This document shows, in pieces, positions 40,501 through 53,490 of a DNA stretch of 64,000 nt; the first letter of the stretch is position 1, and each line of letters starts with the position of its first letter. The notes beneath the pieces were generated by a model, which was given only the letters and a program-made list of their open reading frames with translations, was not told the DNA's origin and searched no databases. A program made the position numbers and the translations under genes. The stretch comes from Balanoglossus misakiensis (taxonomy: Eukaryota; Animalia; Hemichordata). The stretch covers positions 8,755,124-8,819,123 of the forward strand of contig CM082596.2 in the NCBI GenBank assembly GCA_040954595.2, in the 5' to 3' direction.

Positions 40501-43500
40501 ATTTTGGAATAAATCTTGGTTGCATACTGGAATATTGAGTGCTGTACGTTCCTGGGTCCGGGAGTGACGTGTGGAATATGCGCGACCCACATTGGAGTGA
40601 ACCATTGGTCACATATGGTGAGGTTGCGCCTCTTTAGAGGGAACTGGGGGTGGAAGGGTTATTAGAAACCATGGTGGTGGAAGGGTTAATAGGCAAAGGG
40701 ATAGAATACACACAACCCACACACACATCTCAACAAAATTCCTGTCTGTTCTAGCAGTCGGCAGTATTTTTTCATGTAAATTACACCCATACATGTATAG
40801 GCTTTTGCAGACATACCATGGCTGGGACAGTCTAACACAAGACATGCATAACATGGTGTATTTATGGTGTTAATGCATAAATTTACAACTTTCCACTATT
40901 AAAGCACATCTTGTTTTAACTCATAAACAATCTAATCCCCTCTTTCAATGCTAGATTATCTTTTAATTATGAATTCTATCTACTTGCTGGTAGCTTAGCA
41001 ACACAATATGCCACATTGAAAACAATTTCCCAGTTCAAATGTCAACATTGGCGCATGTTTTCTTGAAAATTTATGACTAATGTAATAATAAGTGGTTCTT
41101 GTGCTGAGGGTGATCTTGAAATACAACTAATATTAAGTGTTCATTCATGTTTATTCGCATTAATGGAGATTTTATATATTTGTCAGTTAAAAGCACTCCA
41201 AAAAGAATCAATGCACTATTATAATTATAATCTCATTATTCGCACTGCATTTTTTTCATTCGTTCTCACATTTTTCAAAGAAAATGCCACTAAGACCATC
41301 AATCAATCTCATGAAATCTCTAATGAAATATTTACAATGTTACAATGGCCCCCATTAGTGCTGTGAACACTTGTGGTTTTCTCAACACACATTTTTTCAC
41401 TGCTGGTCTAATGTGAGAACATAAGAGACTCGTATTGCTTTGCAAACAGGTGCTCATAAAATACTAAGTGGTTTTGGACTGAGTTGAGAGTAATGGATTA
41501 GACTAAGAGCGTTGACTGACTACAAACATTTCCTTGTTTATACTGTATTAAGTACTGTAAAACGTGAAACTTTTGCGAACGTAAATTTTCCGAACTCTGC
41601 GAGAGCCGAAAAAAAACCGTGAAAATATTAAGTCGCGTAAAAATGTTTTTTTTCCCCCGGAGATATCAATGAAGTTAGTGAAATACGAGAATGCGAACTG
41701 TGATGAATGGATATGTCAATACAGGCAGAGTATCAGGAATTTATGTGCTATGGTTTCCTCTTGAAATTTTCAAGATTACACAAATATTTTATCTTTTTTG
41801 TTTTTCAGTTTTCAGACAGTGCTTTAACTGTTTAATACATGCTTCACCAATCATATCATATGTAAAGGATACTACATACATAAATAAAAACATATTTTTT
41901 TTTTTTACATTTTCAGAAATGATGACGTCATCTTCAAGCAATGCCATTTGGTTCTCACCTGTTTGAACTTGATGGTAATCACCATATGTGATCGACTGCT
42001 TGTAGCATTCATATTGGTCGAAGCTGTGGTTCTATTCATAGTGCCTTCATCCATCAATCTTTCAATTTCCTTGTAGTTTCTGACAGGAACTGACTGAAAA
42101 CACAAGAAGGTCATCATCAATGACTAAGTCACAACTGGTAACAGATGACTGAAAAAAGTAATATGCTACAGATGGTATCCAGTCCTCTATTCCAATATTT
42201 GTAGGCCTGTGAAAGGAGTTACGATATTGCTTACTTTATATGTCTGTATAGAAATTACAGTGTATTGTTTTTGTGTTAGAAGGACACTAGCTGTAACTTC
42301 TTCTTTATTTTCTATTTATTTGTTTTGTTTATCAAGTGCAGTTTCGCCAAACATCATACTATACCCAGTACCCGACTTGTCAACATAGCCTGTATGTGAG
42401 TAACGGCCATTGTTATTGTTGACAAATGAATTCTAGTCCGGACTTGAATTCAAATTTGTTCACAATAAAAATGCTGACTGTACACATACATGTATATGTT
42501 GTGTTGGTAAGCTAAATCTTTGGCGTTTCATCCAACTTCATGAACTTGATCAAGAAATTGTGATAGATACACAAAACAAAAACACAGAAAATGTAGGGGA
42601 AAGTTACAGCTAATGGAACTTTAACTATACATGTAGGGTTACTTTTCACAATTATTTCTGTAGAAGTCAGAAATTGACTAAAAAAGTCTAAATCAAGGCA
42701 GATTAAACACACCCTGTCAATGACATGACATGAAAATATTGTATACTGATTAGCTTCAACTGTTGGCCATGCTGCATCTTATCACAAAACACAATTATGT
42801 GGATCTGTCAGTGTGTGTTCCTTGCATAAACGCATTGAACGAAATCTATTGAGAACTATCTGAGCCATCTCGTAAGATTTCTGACAAAATGGCAACCTAT
42901 CATATCCATGTACATGTGTTGTCAAATCCTATCATGTATGCACCTGTCATTTGATGGAAATCAGGTACAGCCAAGTTACAATGCATGTTGTTACATCAGG
43001 ATTGTGTTTTAATTAACATAGATTGTAATACTATCAGTGTACTGTACAGTATGAGCTTATAAAATCTAATATGAAAAGTAGACTATTCTTTTAACCGATG
43101 ATCGATAAAAATTTCTCTTACATTTATTTATTTGGATACATTTCATAATTCCTTCTCAGTTACTGTTAAAATATTTAAATCATACATGTATAAAAATAAT
43201 TATTTTTTCAATGACATAATTACCTTAAGGCCCTCCACAAAGAAGCCAGATTGTGGATGTTGCCTGACCTTGTAATGACCTCGGTGACCTTGAACAGGCT
43301 TGGCTAGAAGATCTCTGACCTGTAATCAAACAGACATCACAACATTACCTTCTCATGAAGAACATTAAAATTTGCTGATGACTTCATTTCTCCATGCTGC
43401 TCAAGACTTTTGATTGAAAAACAACTTTTCCACCTCTTGACAAGATTGTTTTGATTCATTCAGGATTTTCAAACCCTGTATCTGATCATGTATGCCCTGA

Positions 43501-46500
43501 AACCTACAAGTGGTTTTCTGTGTTATGTTGAAGTCACAATTCATCTTGATTTCCAATATTTCAGTAATTATTTTAGCATTTTTGTGGCTCTCACGTAGTT
43601 CGCAAAAATTTCCCATTTTACAATAGTTTTCTAAGTTCTTGGCCTGACATCCCATTTTCCAAACAAATTATCTGCTTACCTGTTCATTGTAAATTTCAAG
43701 CATACTGTACGTCACTTGCAGTTGTTTCTTATCATCCTTATTTTCATCGATGGCTTTAAATAATTCATCACAAGTGATCGGTACAATTCCTTTATTTGCT
43801 CCGTACCCAGTCATTGAGTAACTTTTCCCTGATCCAGTCTGTCCATATGCAAATAACGCTGCATTGTAACCTTCCCATGCATTCTTCAAAACTCCTTGTC
43901 CAAGATCACTGAATACTGTTCTCTGTTTCAGTGGGGGAAAAACATTGTAACTATCTACTCTCTATACACAATGTCTCTCAGAAAAGATACATTCTACAGT
44001 TTATAGCGAAAAAATTATACATGGCATATTAAACTCTTGAAAACAAAATTTAATGTCAAACTTTTTATCAGAAATCACAATTTCTTCTTGCAAGCCCTAG
44101 AGTAATGCTTTTAAACTTTCTTACAAGTTACATTGCAAAAAATTATCATGTCATAGAGGAATTATTTCTGTTGACTTCGAAAATATTTATGATAATTCTG
44201 CAGTAGGTTTTTACTCTGTAGTATCGTGATTGTTCATTGGACTATTTTGGTACATGGTAAATGCGTAAATACATGTATAACACAATGTGTGATTGGTTGG
44301 AGACTTTTATTGACAGTGAAACAGAACGCATGATTGGATGGACGAGTTACTGACCTGATCTGCATATTTTGGTGAAGTGGAAACATTCATACCATCTTCT
44401 TCTTTGAAGCCGTCATGTGACCAGTAGGAGAAATCAAAAGCAAATGTGTGCTCTTTCCCACTTTCTGGATGTTTGATCACAGTGTTTTTTCCAGACATGG
44501 AAATAATGCACTTAGAGTTGGCATTTTTCTCTCTCTGTGAAAAAAACATTTGATATCAATGAATATTAATTTACATAAAGTTTTGGCATGCATGCTAGAA
44601 ATAATCATTATAGTTTCCATCAGTCCTTTTGATAAGGCCACGCGGTGCACAGGTTTATGTTTCTAGCGTGTCCCTGTCATTGTGGATTTTTCTCTTGGTA
44701 CATCAATGCAACTGTACACATATTCATGTTTTAGTAGAAGCATTACTGGGGTTCTCAAAACATTTACAGATAGCTGTATTGTACCTTTGCACAAAAAATT
44801 TCTTTGGTTGGAACTGTACATTAATTAATGTTCAAATTGGTTCATGTATTTTCAGACTGCATGAGGTAATTTTAGTGATGATTAAACCCCTTCACCACCA
44901 TGGTTTGGTTCAAATCTATTGTTTTCCATGGTAAAGTTGGACCTCTATAAGGGAAATGGGGGGTGGGGGTGAAAGGGTTAAAGGGGGTGATGATGTGTGA
45001 TGCACAGCTGTACTTTTGTTTCCAAATAAACAGTACTGTAAAAGAGTACACAAACAAAAGTTCCATAGGCCTTTAACAAAATACAACATTATTATCTGTT
45101 CAATTTGACAGCTGAAATTATTCCAGTCCACAAATATTTGTCTTAAATGCACATACTGTAAAACACTTTATTTTCGCGAGTTGAAATTATCACAATATCA
45201 AGAGAGGCCACTGTTTCGCGAGTATTAATTTTTGCGTTCTCTTATTTCATTCACTGCATCGTTATCTTCACACAAAAAAAATTACACAACTTCACGCTAA
45301 TTTGGCTCTCGCGTGTTTCGCGAAAATTTATTGCTCGCGAAAATAAAGTCTTTTACAGTATTCTTTCCTGCACTACAAAGATTGAACCTCCAAAATTGGA
45401 GTGACAGAGTTTTTGAAAAGTGTTTGTGGAACATGGAGGGAGAGATCAAACTGACTTGTGTTTCTCACAGTACAACCACATGCAGTCGGGCATACCATTC
45501 ACTTGGTTACCACAAAGCTTAGGCGTGCCAGCAACAACATGAAACCCACTGAGTATTGAACACAATACATCTTTAGATTCTCTGTCCTCTTTCTTCTGGA
45601 CACATGGGAACACCAGTCATTGTGGGAATCTGCCAACAGTAATTCACAGGTTTATGTAAAGTATTGTCCGGCCAGACAAACCCATGATTGTCAGTCTAGA
45701 TATATTTATGTTTATAGTAAAGAAGGTCTTTAACAAGAAATAGAACCACCAGTGAGATGGTACCACACCTTTTCAATCATTCATGACAAGATAAATTGCA
45801 TTGCGATTTAGTTCAAATAAACAACACACTGCATTTTACATCCATAATGCAGAGTCAGGGACACACCAATAATTCAAAGTTCCAAAACGAGAAATCTGAA
45901 GAACTTCCAAATTTTTACTATGTCAGGAAACCATGAATGCTATCAACAAGTTTTTGTAGAAACCAGTCTGTTCCAATTAAAATTTAACACTCCTGCAAGG
46001 ACATATTCCCGTTGAAGTTCACTATCGGTAAAATGCATAGCAACATAGTTTCCACGGACTGCAGTCATCAATCTTATAGTGACATTTTGTGAAACCCATA
46101 GCAACGCAACAGGTGGTTGTTTAAATTCCACTGTAAATTTATCATCCCCTGAGAAGTTGTAATAAGGAGTGTATGACAACAGCCCTTCTTTGTAAGTCTA
46201 TATTTTATTTGTGGGTGAAAAACGCTGATTGACTATCGAGTATTTCAACACCGAGCCATTCAGCTGAAAGAAGTTCTGTACAGTACAGCAAAGTAAGCCA
46301 AGGTACAACACTACAAACAACTGCAGTAATCAATCTTCTTTTCTTCCACGCGTTGATATACATCAATGTCAAAAAAACTGATTAAAGAACACCTGTAATC
46401 AGCACAAGGCCAACTCTCCCTATTCAAACTGACTGCATGCGTTTTCACACGTGTTTTGCTTTTATTTGCCTGGTGACTCTGTTGTGTGTGACATGGGATT

Positions 46501-49500
46501 TACATGTATCTAGAGCGAAAGACATTTTTAAAAACCACTAAGGAAAATAGCAATTTAGAAATTATGTAACATAATAATAATTGTTTATTATGAATCATGC
46601 TATGCCAATGATATTATAAATGATAGAATTTCATTACAAAATGTCTCATTTATTATTTATATCACCATGAGAATATTATTGCATTCAGAGGAAATTAGCA
46701 CTTTAATTTAAAAAGCAAATGACCTCATTGTTTGCTTGGACTGTACTAGTACTAGTCACATGATATTGGCCAAAACTATGACTTACTAAGGCACAAGCAA
46801 CTACAAAGCATATTAGGCTTTTGTATCAAAAAAATTGTTGTGATAATATACCCTTTCAGCACTGTGGTTCAGTCCAAACCCATTGTTTTCTATGGTATGG
46901 TTGGGCCTCTAAAGAGGTAACTGGGGGTGAAAGGGTTAACGTTACCTTAGTTTGTTCTGTTTAAATGAAATCCCCCCTCCCAGTGGAATGGGCTGCAAGT
47001 CTTACTGGTGATAGCCATATGGTAAAGTATTGTTGTGTGTAAGTCTTGGAATGTCAATCTTTTGTTCAATTCCGAGTGAAGGGCTCTGGTGACTTTGAGA
47101 GTGTTTCTCCTCTGGTATTTAATAATCACACAATTAACCCTTTCACCGCCACGGTTCAGTCCAAAGCCATTGTTTTCTATTGCAAGTTTGGACCTCTAAA
47201 GATGGAACTGGGGGTGAAAGGATTAAAGAGGGCCTATTCATTTCAAATTTATACAACAACATCAAATGGGAAAATGCAATAAATATGAGTCATGTATATA
47301 AAAATGTTTCCTATAACAAATATACAAGTACATTGTTACGTTGGTCAAACCCTTGAGAACATTGACATCAGACTGCTTTATTTGTTTTGAGTTGACCACT
47401 TGTTGCTAGGCAACCATACTCGACACACTCAGACTTCTTGATTTAATGAAGCAGGTGCAAGCAGGCACAGTTGATGGCTTTAGATGAGAATGTTTATGAG
47501 CAATGCCATTGAAGATGGGAGTCACAGTGACTAAACAAGCACTATAACACAGAATAAGTGAAGCGAGTAGCAGGCTATTGTCACAGCATTGAACTCAAAG
47601 TACGTTCTGACCACATCAAACAAAACAATGCCTTCTTCACTCTTGTGTCTAATTCTAACACACAAAATACTGACCCACTTTTCTTTACTGTATTCACGGT
47701 TACAACTTTAATGCAAGTAACCATGTTTCATCCGACTTTTAAGTTCTAAATAAATTGTTAATGCAATCATAAATGAAATACACAATTATATTGCCATGTC
47801 ACATTTTAAAAAAACACATACCATCATTTTTTATTTTATCTTAAAAATAATTAATCTTTCATGTTTTTTTACTCTGAGAACTGACTATTATTCATGAATC
47901 AGACAAGTCCCAACTGAGCAACCGTATGATAAATTATGAAACCCTTGACATTCCTGAGGTCTGCAAATTGATGGTGATTAGTGGCATACAAAGTCACATG
48001 GTCCAGGGAAATGTAAAGATGATCCTTACCTGCTATAGAAGAGGTTTTTTTTTGGTGGGGGGAGGGGGGGGGGGAGAGACATTCTATCATTAACAATGTA
48101 ATAAACATACAATCTGATTTGTGTACACAAATCATGAAATGACAATACTTATTTAGGCTGCATTCACAAACACCTCTGGAGGGGGGGGCAGGAGAATTGA
48201 GGGGGGGGATTTGAAAAAATTGAGGGTATGTGAAGGGGGGGATTTGAAATAATTTAGGGACTGAAAGGGGGGGACTTGAAAACTTTAACGACTAAATATT
48301 TATTTTGAGTCCACAAAAATGCAGTTTCGCGCCCTTTATTTTACAAAATTTTCTCATGTGGGAGGGGGACACCCCCTCCCACACCCACCCCCTCCATTCA
48401 TCAACACCTTTCAATCATTGACTGGTTTATCTAGTGTCCCAGGTCAGGGGACTTGCCCCACCCCATGATAACTTTGAGCGCTGACGGTTAAATTTGTCCT
48501 CCCCAACATACCTGTAGTTGAGTTAATTTGCTTTTGCCGGGTTCATTAAAATGCAGCTTTGAGCTCTGTATTTTAGAAAATTTTCTTACGTGGGAGGGGG
48601 ACACCCCCTCCCAAACCCACCCCCTTCAATTCTCGGTTTACAAAGTCTCCAAACACAGAATACAAATATATGTACTTAAAAAATAAAAACAATGTTCAGT
48701 TTTAATACCCACTGATGAGGGGAAACATCAGTTTCAAATTCTTTTCATGGGAGCGCTGTTTTTCTTTTTACAAGATAGATAGGTGATGTGTTTTGCTCTG
48801 TGAAAGACAATGGGGGGGGATTTCAAAATTTTGGCAGTTCGGAAGGGGGGGGATTTGAAAATATTGGCAGTTCGGAAGGGGGGCATGTGAAAATTAGCGG
48901 TAAAAAAAATTGAATTCTCCCGCCCCCCCCTCCAGAGGTGTTTGTGAATGCAGCCTTACCTCCCAGGTAATTGCCTGGTAGATAAAAATAAGTGTTGCAT
49001 AAAACACATTTAGTGGATCTGCAGTGAAAGTGTTTAACAACCTTGGCATCCACAGGGAGCAAGCACTCTAAGTAGATGTACCCAATACGACCAAGATCCA
49101 GATATGCTACACATGTATATGCAACTAAATTCCATGCACGCTGTCCACGTACGATGTCAAATCCCAGTTTGTAGGTTCACCTCTTGTAATGAAAACTAAA
49201 ACTAAAAGTTTGACTGTTTTTTTTTGTATGTATTACTAACAAGTGTTCTACTGTTCACCATGAGGGGTGGACTTGACTAGTGCGAGTGCACTATTTTTCC
49301 TACCTCCTTTTTTCACTGTATCAGTAAATTGTTCACCATTCGATGTAAAAATTGAAAGTGAAATAAAATTGAATTGAATTGAAAAAAAAAATCTTCTGTA
49401 TACACATTTCTTGCAAACAAACAAACAAACAAAACCAAGAAAAAGTTCCTGTTAGCATATTTTGCAAATGTCATACACATACCCGGGGTAGGTGTGCACA

Positions 49501-52266
49501 TGAACGTGTCTGTCTGTCTGTCTGTATCAACAGACAGACACTGGTATGTCCCCTTGCACTGGTTTGCCTAAAACAAACACTCAGTCAAGTGGACATAACT
49601 GTATCTGTTTGTGCAGTATCAGTCTGGAATTCTTGAGGTTGCACAAGTATTTTACGCCCAGACTAAAGCTGGTGTGTAAACTATTACAGCCTGTGTTATC
49701 ACCTACTTAAGTAGTAAATCAAGTGTTGGTTTTAAATAATTTGTCCTTGATCTTAAGATCAAACCACTTGTCCTTTTACTCTTAAAATAAATTCAAATAA
49801 ATCGATACTGAAAATTATGGGGTTAAAGCTCTATAGAGCTGTGTAAATCTGATCATAATGTATGGCTGGCATGCTTGCTTTGTTACAGAGAGACCACAGC
49901 AATGTTTAGATTTCCTCACCCTTTTCTTTTGTCTCTGTCAGTTATTCATAAGAAAGATTCACTGTTCACCAAAATTGTCATAGGTCAGTCTAGTGCTTGG
50001 GTGTGGTATCATCAATTTCACACTAACCTGGCAGCTGCCAGTTAGATGCCAATAAAAGCTAAGCATTCATATAAACTGCTTCAATCTGAGCAAACTGATA
50101 TTACACAATTTGTAAACAAAAGTACACCTCCAATATGTTGAGAATGGTTATATCCTGCACACCAGCAATCAAGATTAAAATTTTGTAACTTTTGCATGTT
50201 GACTAACAGTACCTATGTTAAGAAAAGCCTCAACAATTAATGGGTCGAGATCTACTGCTATTGACATACAGTTAAATTTAGAAACTTTGAATGCTACTTG
50301 ATATAATGGCCTGCATTTAGTGCATAGAACTGATACTATTTGGATAACATATACACAGACTATGTGCAAAATACATTTTCTGTTGAAATCAAGTTCCTTG
50401 CTTGAATTCCCTTGATTCTCATTACAATACAACTCCCCCTTTAAAGACAGATGCAATGCTCATAATTGTGTCCTGCCTGATTTTTGAGTGTGTCATGTGT
50501 GTGGCAGGCTCAAGTGTGTTCATGTGCTGTAACAGGCGTTTGTGATTGGCGACTCACAGGCCATAATAGATTATGGCACTTGTTAATTCCATGATCTCTA
50601 ACTCATTCTGCCAAAGAATGTTTTGAGAGGGTACCTGCCCAAATAAATATGCCTCCCTGACAAGAAAAGTTAGTAAGGAATATATTAATGGATGGTTAAT
50701 CTATCATGCATTCAGTTTTTTGTTGTTGGATTGTTTGGTTGAACACTTTGAAATATTCTGAATTATGCATTTTGCCTTTTTTGTCATTCACATTGTTTGC
50801 TATTGTACACACTGATTGGTAACACGTCTATTATTTAAAAAAATATTTCACACATCACTGTTAAATTCTCCTTGTAGGACTGCCAAAACCCTTTATTTAT
50901 AAGATTAAGAGATACACCTGTCAATGTGCACCCAACTTTTCAAATGAATCAAACAGTTAGACACATTAAACTCGGGATTCAAGACGAAAATGGGTAATCA
51001 CACATTGTTTCACAGACAGAGAGGGAAACTTTCACCAAGGTATGGAATCTTTTTTGTCAGTTATTGTCATGCAAACTTTCAGATCACCGAAGACCAAGGT
51101 ATTAAATCCTATTTTGCCTGCATGGGCTTATGCACTTTGCATAATTAAAATGACTCACACTGTGATTACTGTATCTAACATGCATGGCTTAATTGCTCAA
51201 TAAACCTTCAATGAATGGTCCACACTACTGTAAAAACTTGTAATGAATTAGAAAATTGGAGGTACAAATCAATAAATCAATATCTTTGACTTTCAACCAA
51301 TGTACACATCAGGTCATTATCCTCTTAACAGGTGACGACACAACTTAAAGCATCTCAGAAATAATGTTGTAGCAAGCTAACTTCACAAAAAAGTTAGATA
51401 CGTTTGTTTTACTTAATAAATGTCAATTTTAGTTTTACCACATTCTGTATCGAGCAATTCGAGCTGATATGTGAGGAATTTGTGACAAAAATACAAGACG
51501 ATGAAAGATAGTCTGATTTGAAAGATATTTGTCTCAAAGTAGGCTGTAGGCCCTAATCTGATAGAAATCATGTGCCCAATTACGCCAACACTCTATAAAT
51601 TATGATTTTATTCTTTGTCTATCAGGTTCCCATGGTTATTATCATTTTGTCAATAATGCTGTTGACGCAATTCTACCAGACTTCAAACTAAGCAATCCTG
51701 GTATTTCTCAAGACTGCTTGGTGAAATCTCCTACTGCCCTAAACTTGTTTTCATCACCTATGTGATTAGAAACAACAGTCTACAGAGCTTCACAGTTTGG
51801 TGTTTTAGGCAATCAATTCACGCCAGTTATAATGGCTAGAATCAGCTATATGTAATTAACGGTGTATTCAACGGACTATGTAATGTCACACAGCCCCACA
51901 GGGTGTCCGCCGCCCACCATGGCTGAATTTTGAACACTTTCAGTTTACGTTTCGTTTACATGGCAACTAGCTTACAGCAGGTGGACAGAACAATTCTGAT
52001 ATTTCTGGGCACACGTTTTTCTGTGTGTGTGAGCAGGTGGAAATGTGAATGTCGTCTGTCACGTTCAGCGACTTCTGCATTATGCAATCTGTATGTCCAA
52101 CAATAGATGTTCAAATCACAGCACTACCACACACTGTATCAAGTATACGGTGACAAACGCGCATCCGGGTATCGCACAATATAATGCTACTTTGCAAGTG
52201 GTAATTAAAACTCACCTGATTAAATGGCCGGACCCTGACGGCCACTTTCACACTATCTCCTGACAT
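16533..52266 (-). CDS. Kinesin-3 family motor protein, KIF28P/KLP-6-like (motor, FHA domain, coiled coils), ~20 exons
   Basis: Exons include 52266-52216 ([17 protein letters not shown]), 44534-44355, 43922-43680 (P-loop GQTGSGKS), 43319-43224, 42093-41959 (NATSSRSH), 40229-40066 (LVDLAGSE), 39612-39501 (VPYRDSVLT), 38105-37898 ([13 protein letters not shown]), 34765-34647, FHA exons ~33769-33616, ~33236-33110 and ~31826-31557, further exons near 28.5k, 27.2k, 26.5k, 26.1k, 25.6k and 24.7k, then 24084-23819 and a terminal exon 16694-16533 ending in TAA. Confidence 0.88.
16766..17089 (+). repeat. Left TIR (324 bp) of the ISL2EU element
   Basis: Reverse complement of 22279-22602 with no mismatch seen by eye; contains GAG|GTGAGT at 16916-16924. 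Confidence 0.95.
17324..20100 (+). CDS. Transposon accessory protein: SAP/HeH-like N-terminus, SWIM zinc finger and YqaJ/lambda-exonuclease (PD-(D/E)XK) domain; 3 exons, 601 aa
   Basis: Exons 17324-17937, 18270-18457 and 19097-20100 splice GT-AG in frame (1806 nt). Motifs: [25 protein letters not shown]; CTCVAG|YGKSCNH (SWIM, split by intron 1); [25 protein letters not shown] and YYSQVQGQM. Confidence 0.9.
18497..18680. mobile_element. Kolobok-like TTAA MITE in intron 2 of the YqaJ gene
   Basis: TTAA|aggtatacggtcacct ... aggtgattgtatacct|TTAA; same family as 13075 and 31309. Confidence 0.82.
20441..22135 (-). CDS. ISL2EU/Harbinger-type transposase: THAP zinc finger, coiled coil, HTH and DDE_Tnp_4-like catalytic domain; 564 aa
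   Basis: THAP motifs CAVHGC, FPFP, W, RVCSQHF and PNPTL; [26 protein letters not shown]; catalytic triad in [18 protein letters not shown] and [12 protein letters not shown]; single uninterrupted ORF. Confidence 0.93.
   Translation of the reverse strand: MPTCSCAVHGCTNNTHKIRQWRRQYCQIHHCQFDTGRCFCDPPFTLFPFPNKESNTEVLKEWIRLINLKDATTGKIWEPNTYSRVCSQHFVDSKPTQENPNPTLHLGYPVKLKQTRRKIERSTCCSAVPKKRKTVERPVEREHNPNSSNPSSSSVLSTEESRKKDENASEILVDCEHKNAADTSSSSGNSSHLDDHSYFRSCDCSQDCNCLGCHEKNETIKDLLNKIQDLEELIRMKKSVEQKISENGKHMFEKLLKDDSKCKFYTGLPSIALFNLIFDYIDPKTRKMRYWYGVKNIISTKVPRKFNKSPKKFGPQRKLGGKDEMLLVLMKLRLGLLNKDLADRFNISPAHASRIFNTWVKVLSKELKQMIRYQPKEYVLPNLPKCFQKHFPRLVSILDCTEIFIERPRDLKLQAQTWSDYKKHNTAKLLVSCSPRGSISFISGAWGGRTSDNYIVRNSGFLDFVEQGDQHLADKGFTLKQDFLIRGAKLIIPPGVRGKEQQTESEVKMTKKIANLRIHVERAINRFKHFRILRNTYPISLIPVIDDVITVCAALCNFLPPLVR
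22279..22602 (-). repeat. Right TIR (324 bp) of the ISL2EU element
   Basis: Reverse complement of 16766-17089; the mirrored donor GT is at 22449-22448. Confidence 0.95.
23251..23613. mobile_element. Fold-back MITE (~360 bp) with long imperfect inverted arms
   Basis: tacaatctgattaaaatcaaatgtag...catctgaccaactcccatagaagctcct mirrors aggagcttctatgggagttggtcagatg...ctacatctgattttaatcagattgta. Confidence 0.7.
24858..25173 (+). mobile_element. tRNA-derived SINE with a CORE-like central domain
   Basis: tRNA-like head (tagtccggtggctagagcagtggactcatgatc...gggtttgacc), CORE-like tgtgtccttgagcaaggtacttt, and a tail tgtaaagcgccttgag...ttattattat. Confidence 0.7.
29920..29990. repeat. ~22-bp tandem repeat gcacaggtactggtagttgaaa (about 3 copies)
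   Basis: Direct repeats are visible in the sequence. Confidence 0.85.
31309..31496. mobile_element. Kolobok-like TTAA MITE (AGGTATAC family), inverted copy
   Basis: TTAA flanks at 31305-31308 and 31497-31500; interior is the reverse complement of 18497-18680. Confidence 0.8.
32556..32903. mobile_element. Palindromic TTAA MITE (AGGGACAAAG family)
   Basis: TTAA flanks and full TIRs; homologous to 14891-15232. Confidence 0.85.
34482..34575. mobile_element. ~85-bp piggyBac-like mini-MITE (TTAA|CCCTTTCACC...GGTGAAAGGG|TTAA family), representative copy
   Basis: Related copies at about 15596, 28294, 33407, 35045, 44881, 46850, 47133 and 60647. Confidence 0.75.
39923..40000. repeat. Short tandem repeat with ~15-bp unit aatgtaggattagat
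   Basis: Several degenerate copies are visible. Confidence 0.7.
45154..45360. mobile_element. TA-flanked CTGTAAAA...TTTTACAG MITE (Tc1/mariner-like), representative copy
   Basis: tactgtaaaa...ttttacagta termini; relatives at ~27826-28029, ~36708-36910, ~38270, ~41552, ~43560 and ~62766-62970. Confidence 0.7.
48156..48955. mobile_element. Harbinger/Tourist-like MITE (GGCTGCATTCAC family), copy 2, inverted relative to 10977
   Basis: TTA|ggctgcattcacaaacacctctggagg ... cctccagaggtgtttgtgaatgcagcc|TTA. Confidence 0.88.
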
Positions 52267-53170
52267 GATGCTAAGTTTCAGTTCACAACATCACCTTCTG
52301 CATCTTTCCGTCGCGACCGTGCCAAGTACTGTTCTCATAATTTCCGCATACCGATACCGCATTGTGTGCGGCGCGACATTCGACAACAACCTGTCTGGCG
52401 GTGTTGCGTCAAATGAATGGGTACACATCATTCGTAAACATGGGTGGAAGCATCAGTAGGAACGTGCGTCTCCTTGACCGAGAAATTCTATTCTTTCCAG
52501 GGACACTCAATCTTTAAAACGTTGTAAATTTTGATAGAAGAACTATCCCATATTTTAAAATCATTGGCTTAGTTAATTCATACACGTTAATTTGTTTCTG
52601 TCTATTTCCTATGTAGAGATTTTAAATGGTATCTTCCACAATTCGACCAATCAAGAACACATTCTCCTTCCATGACTAACCAATGAAAAGAGTTCTATAT
52701 TACGAATCGAAGTTCATGTGAAAAGACCTCATTGAGTAATTTCCTGGTAATCAGAGTGTCGAATGTTGAATTTCCTTCAACATTCCCTTGAATGTATGAG
52801 TGTAAATAGAGTGCTTCGTGACAAAGTGCACGTGCATATTATGTAGTACTAGCTACAGTATGTTTTTAGATTTACTAAAATCATAGCAAGAATGGCAATT
52901 TTATTCTGATTTGATTAAAAACAATTCTGATTGCTGTGTATTATGGTTTGCAATGTTCTGGGGGGTGTAAAAACTATGGTGAATTTTTTTGAAGGTATTT
53001 TTGTCTGCAAACACCATGATGAACATATCAGTTTTGTTTTGTTTGCTTTTTGGTGTGCGTGTTTTTTTTTTCTTTTTTTTTGGGGGGGGGAGTATTTGCA
53101 TTTTGGGGGGTTTATCTAACACAAAGCATGTGGCCTATATGTCACCACTCCATAAATTAGGACTGGTTAA

Positions 53171-53490
53171 AGCGTCTAGCTCATCTCACACGCATGTTCC
53201 AGCTGTAGCCGCTGGTTACAGACGTTTAGTGAACAGTCAATCCCATAAGGCAGTGCTCACACAAGATGGCGGCGTCCATAATCTGTGTCGGAGATCGGGA
53301 AAAGACACTAGTTTGGGTGAAAAGGAGGGACAAAACCAGAATCTACTTATACGGTGCGCATGAAATATGAACGGAAGCGAAGGCAGTCCACTATTTGAAT
53401 GTATCGAACGTAAAATTTGCTGTGTGTAGACACAGGGAAAACTGTTGTGAAGGGAAGTAATGCGCATGCGTGTGAGACGAGCTAGGCACT
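53171..53490. mobile_element. TTAA-flanked MITE between the kinesin promoter and the PSMC1 3' end
   Basis: TTAA|agcgtctagctcatctcacacgcatg ... catgcgtgtgagacgagctaggcact|TTAA; degenerate interior relatives at ~8170-8320 (inverted) and ~60130-60330. Confidence 0.7.
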
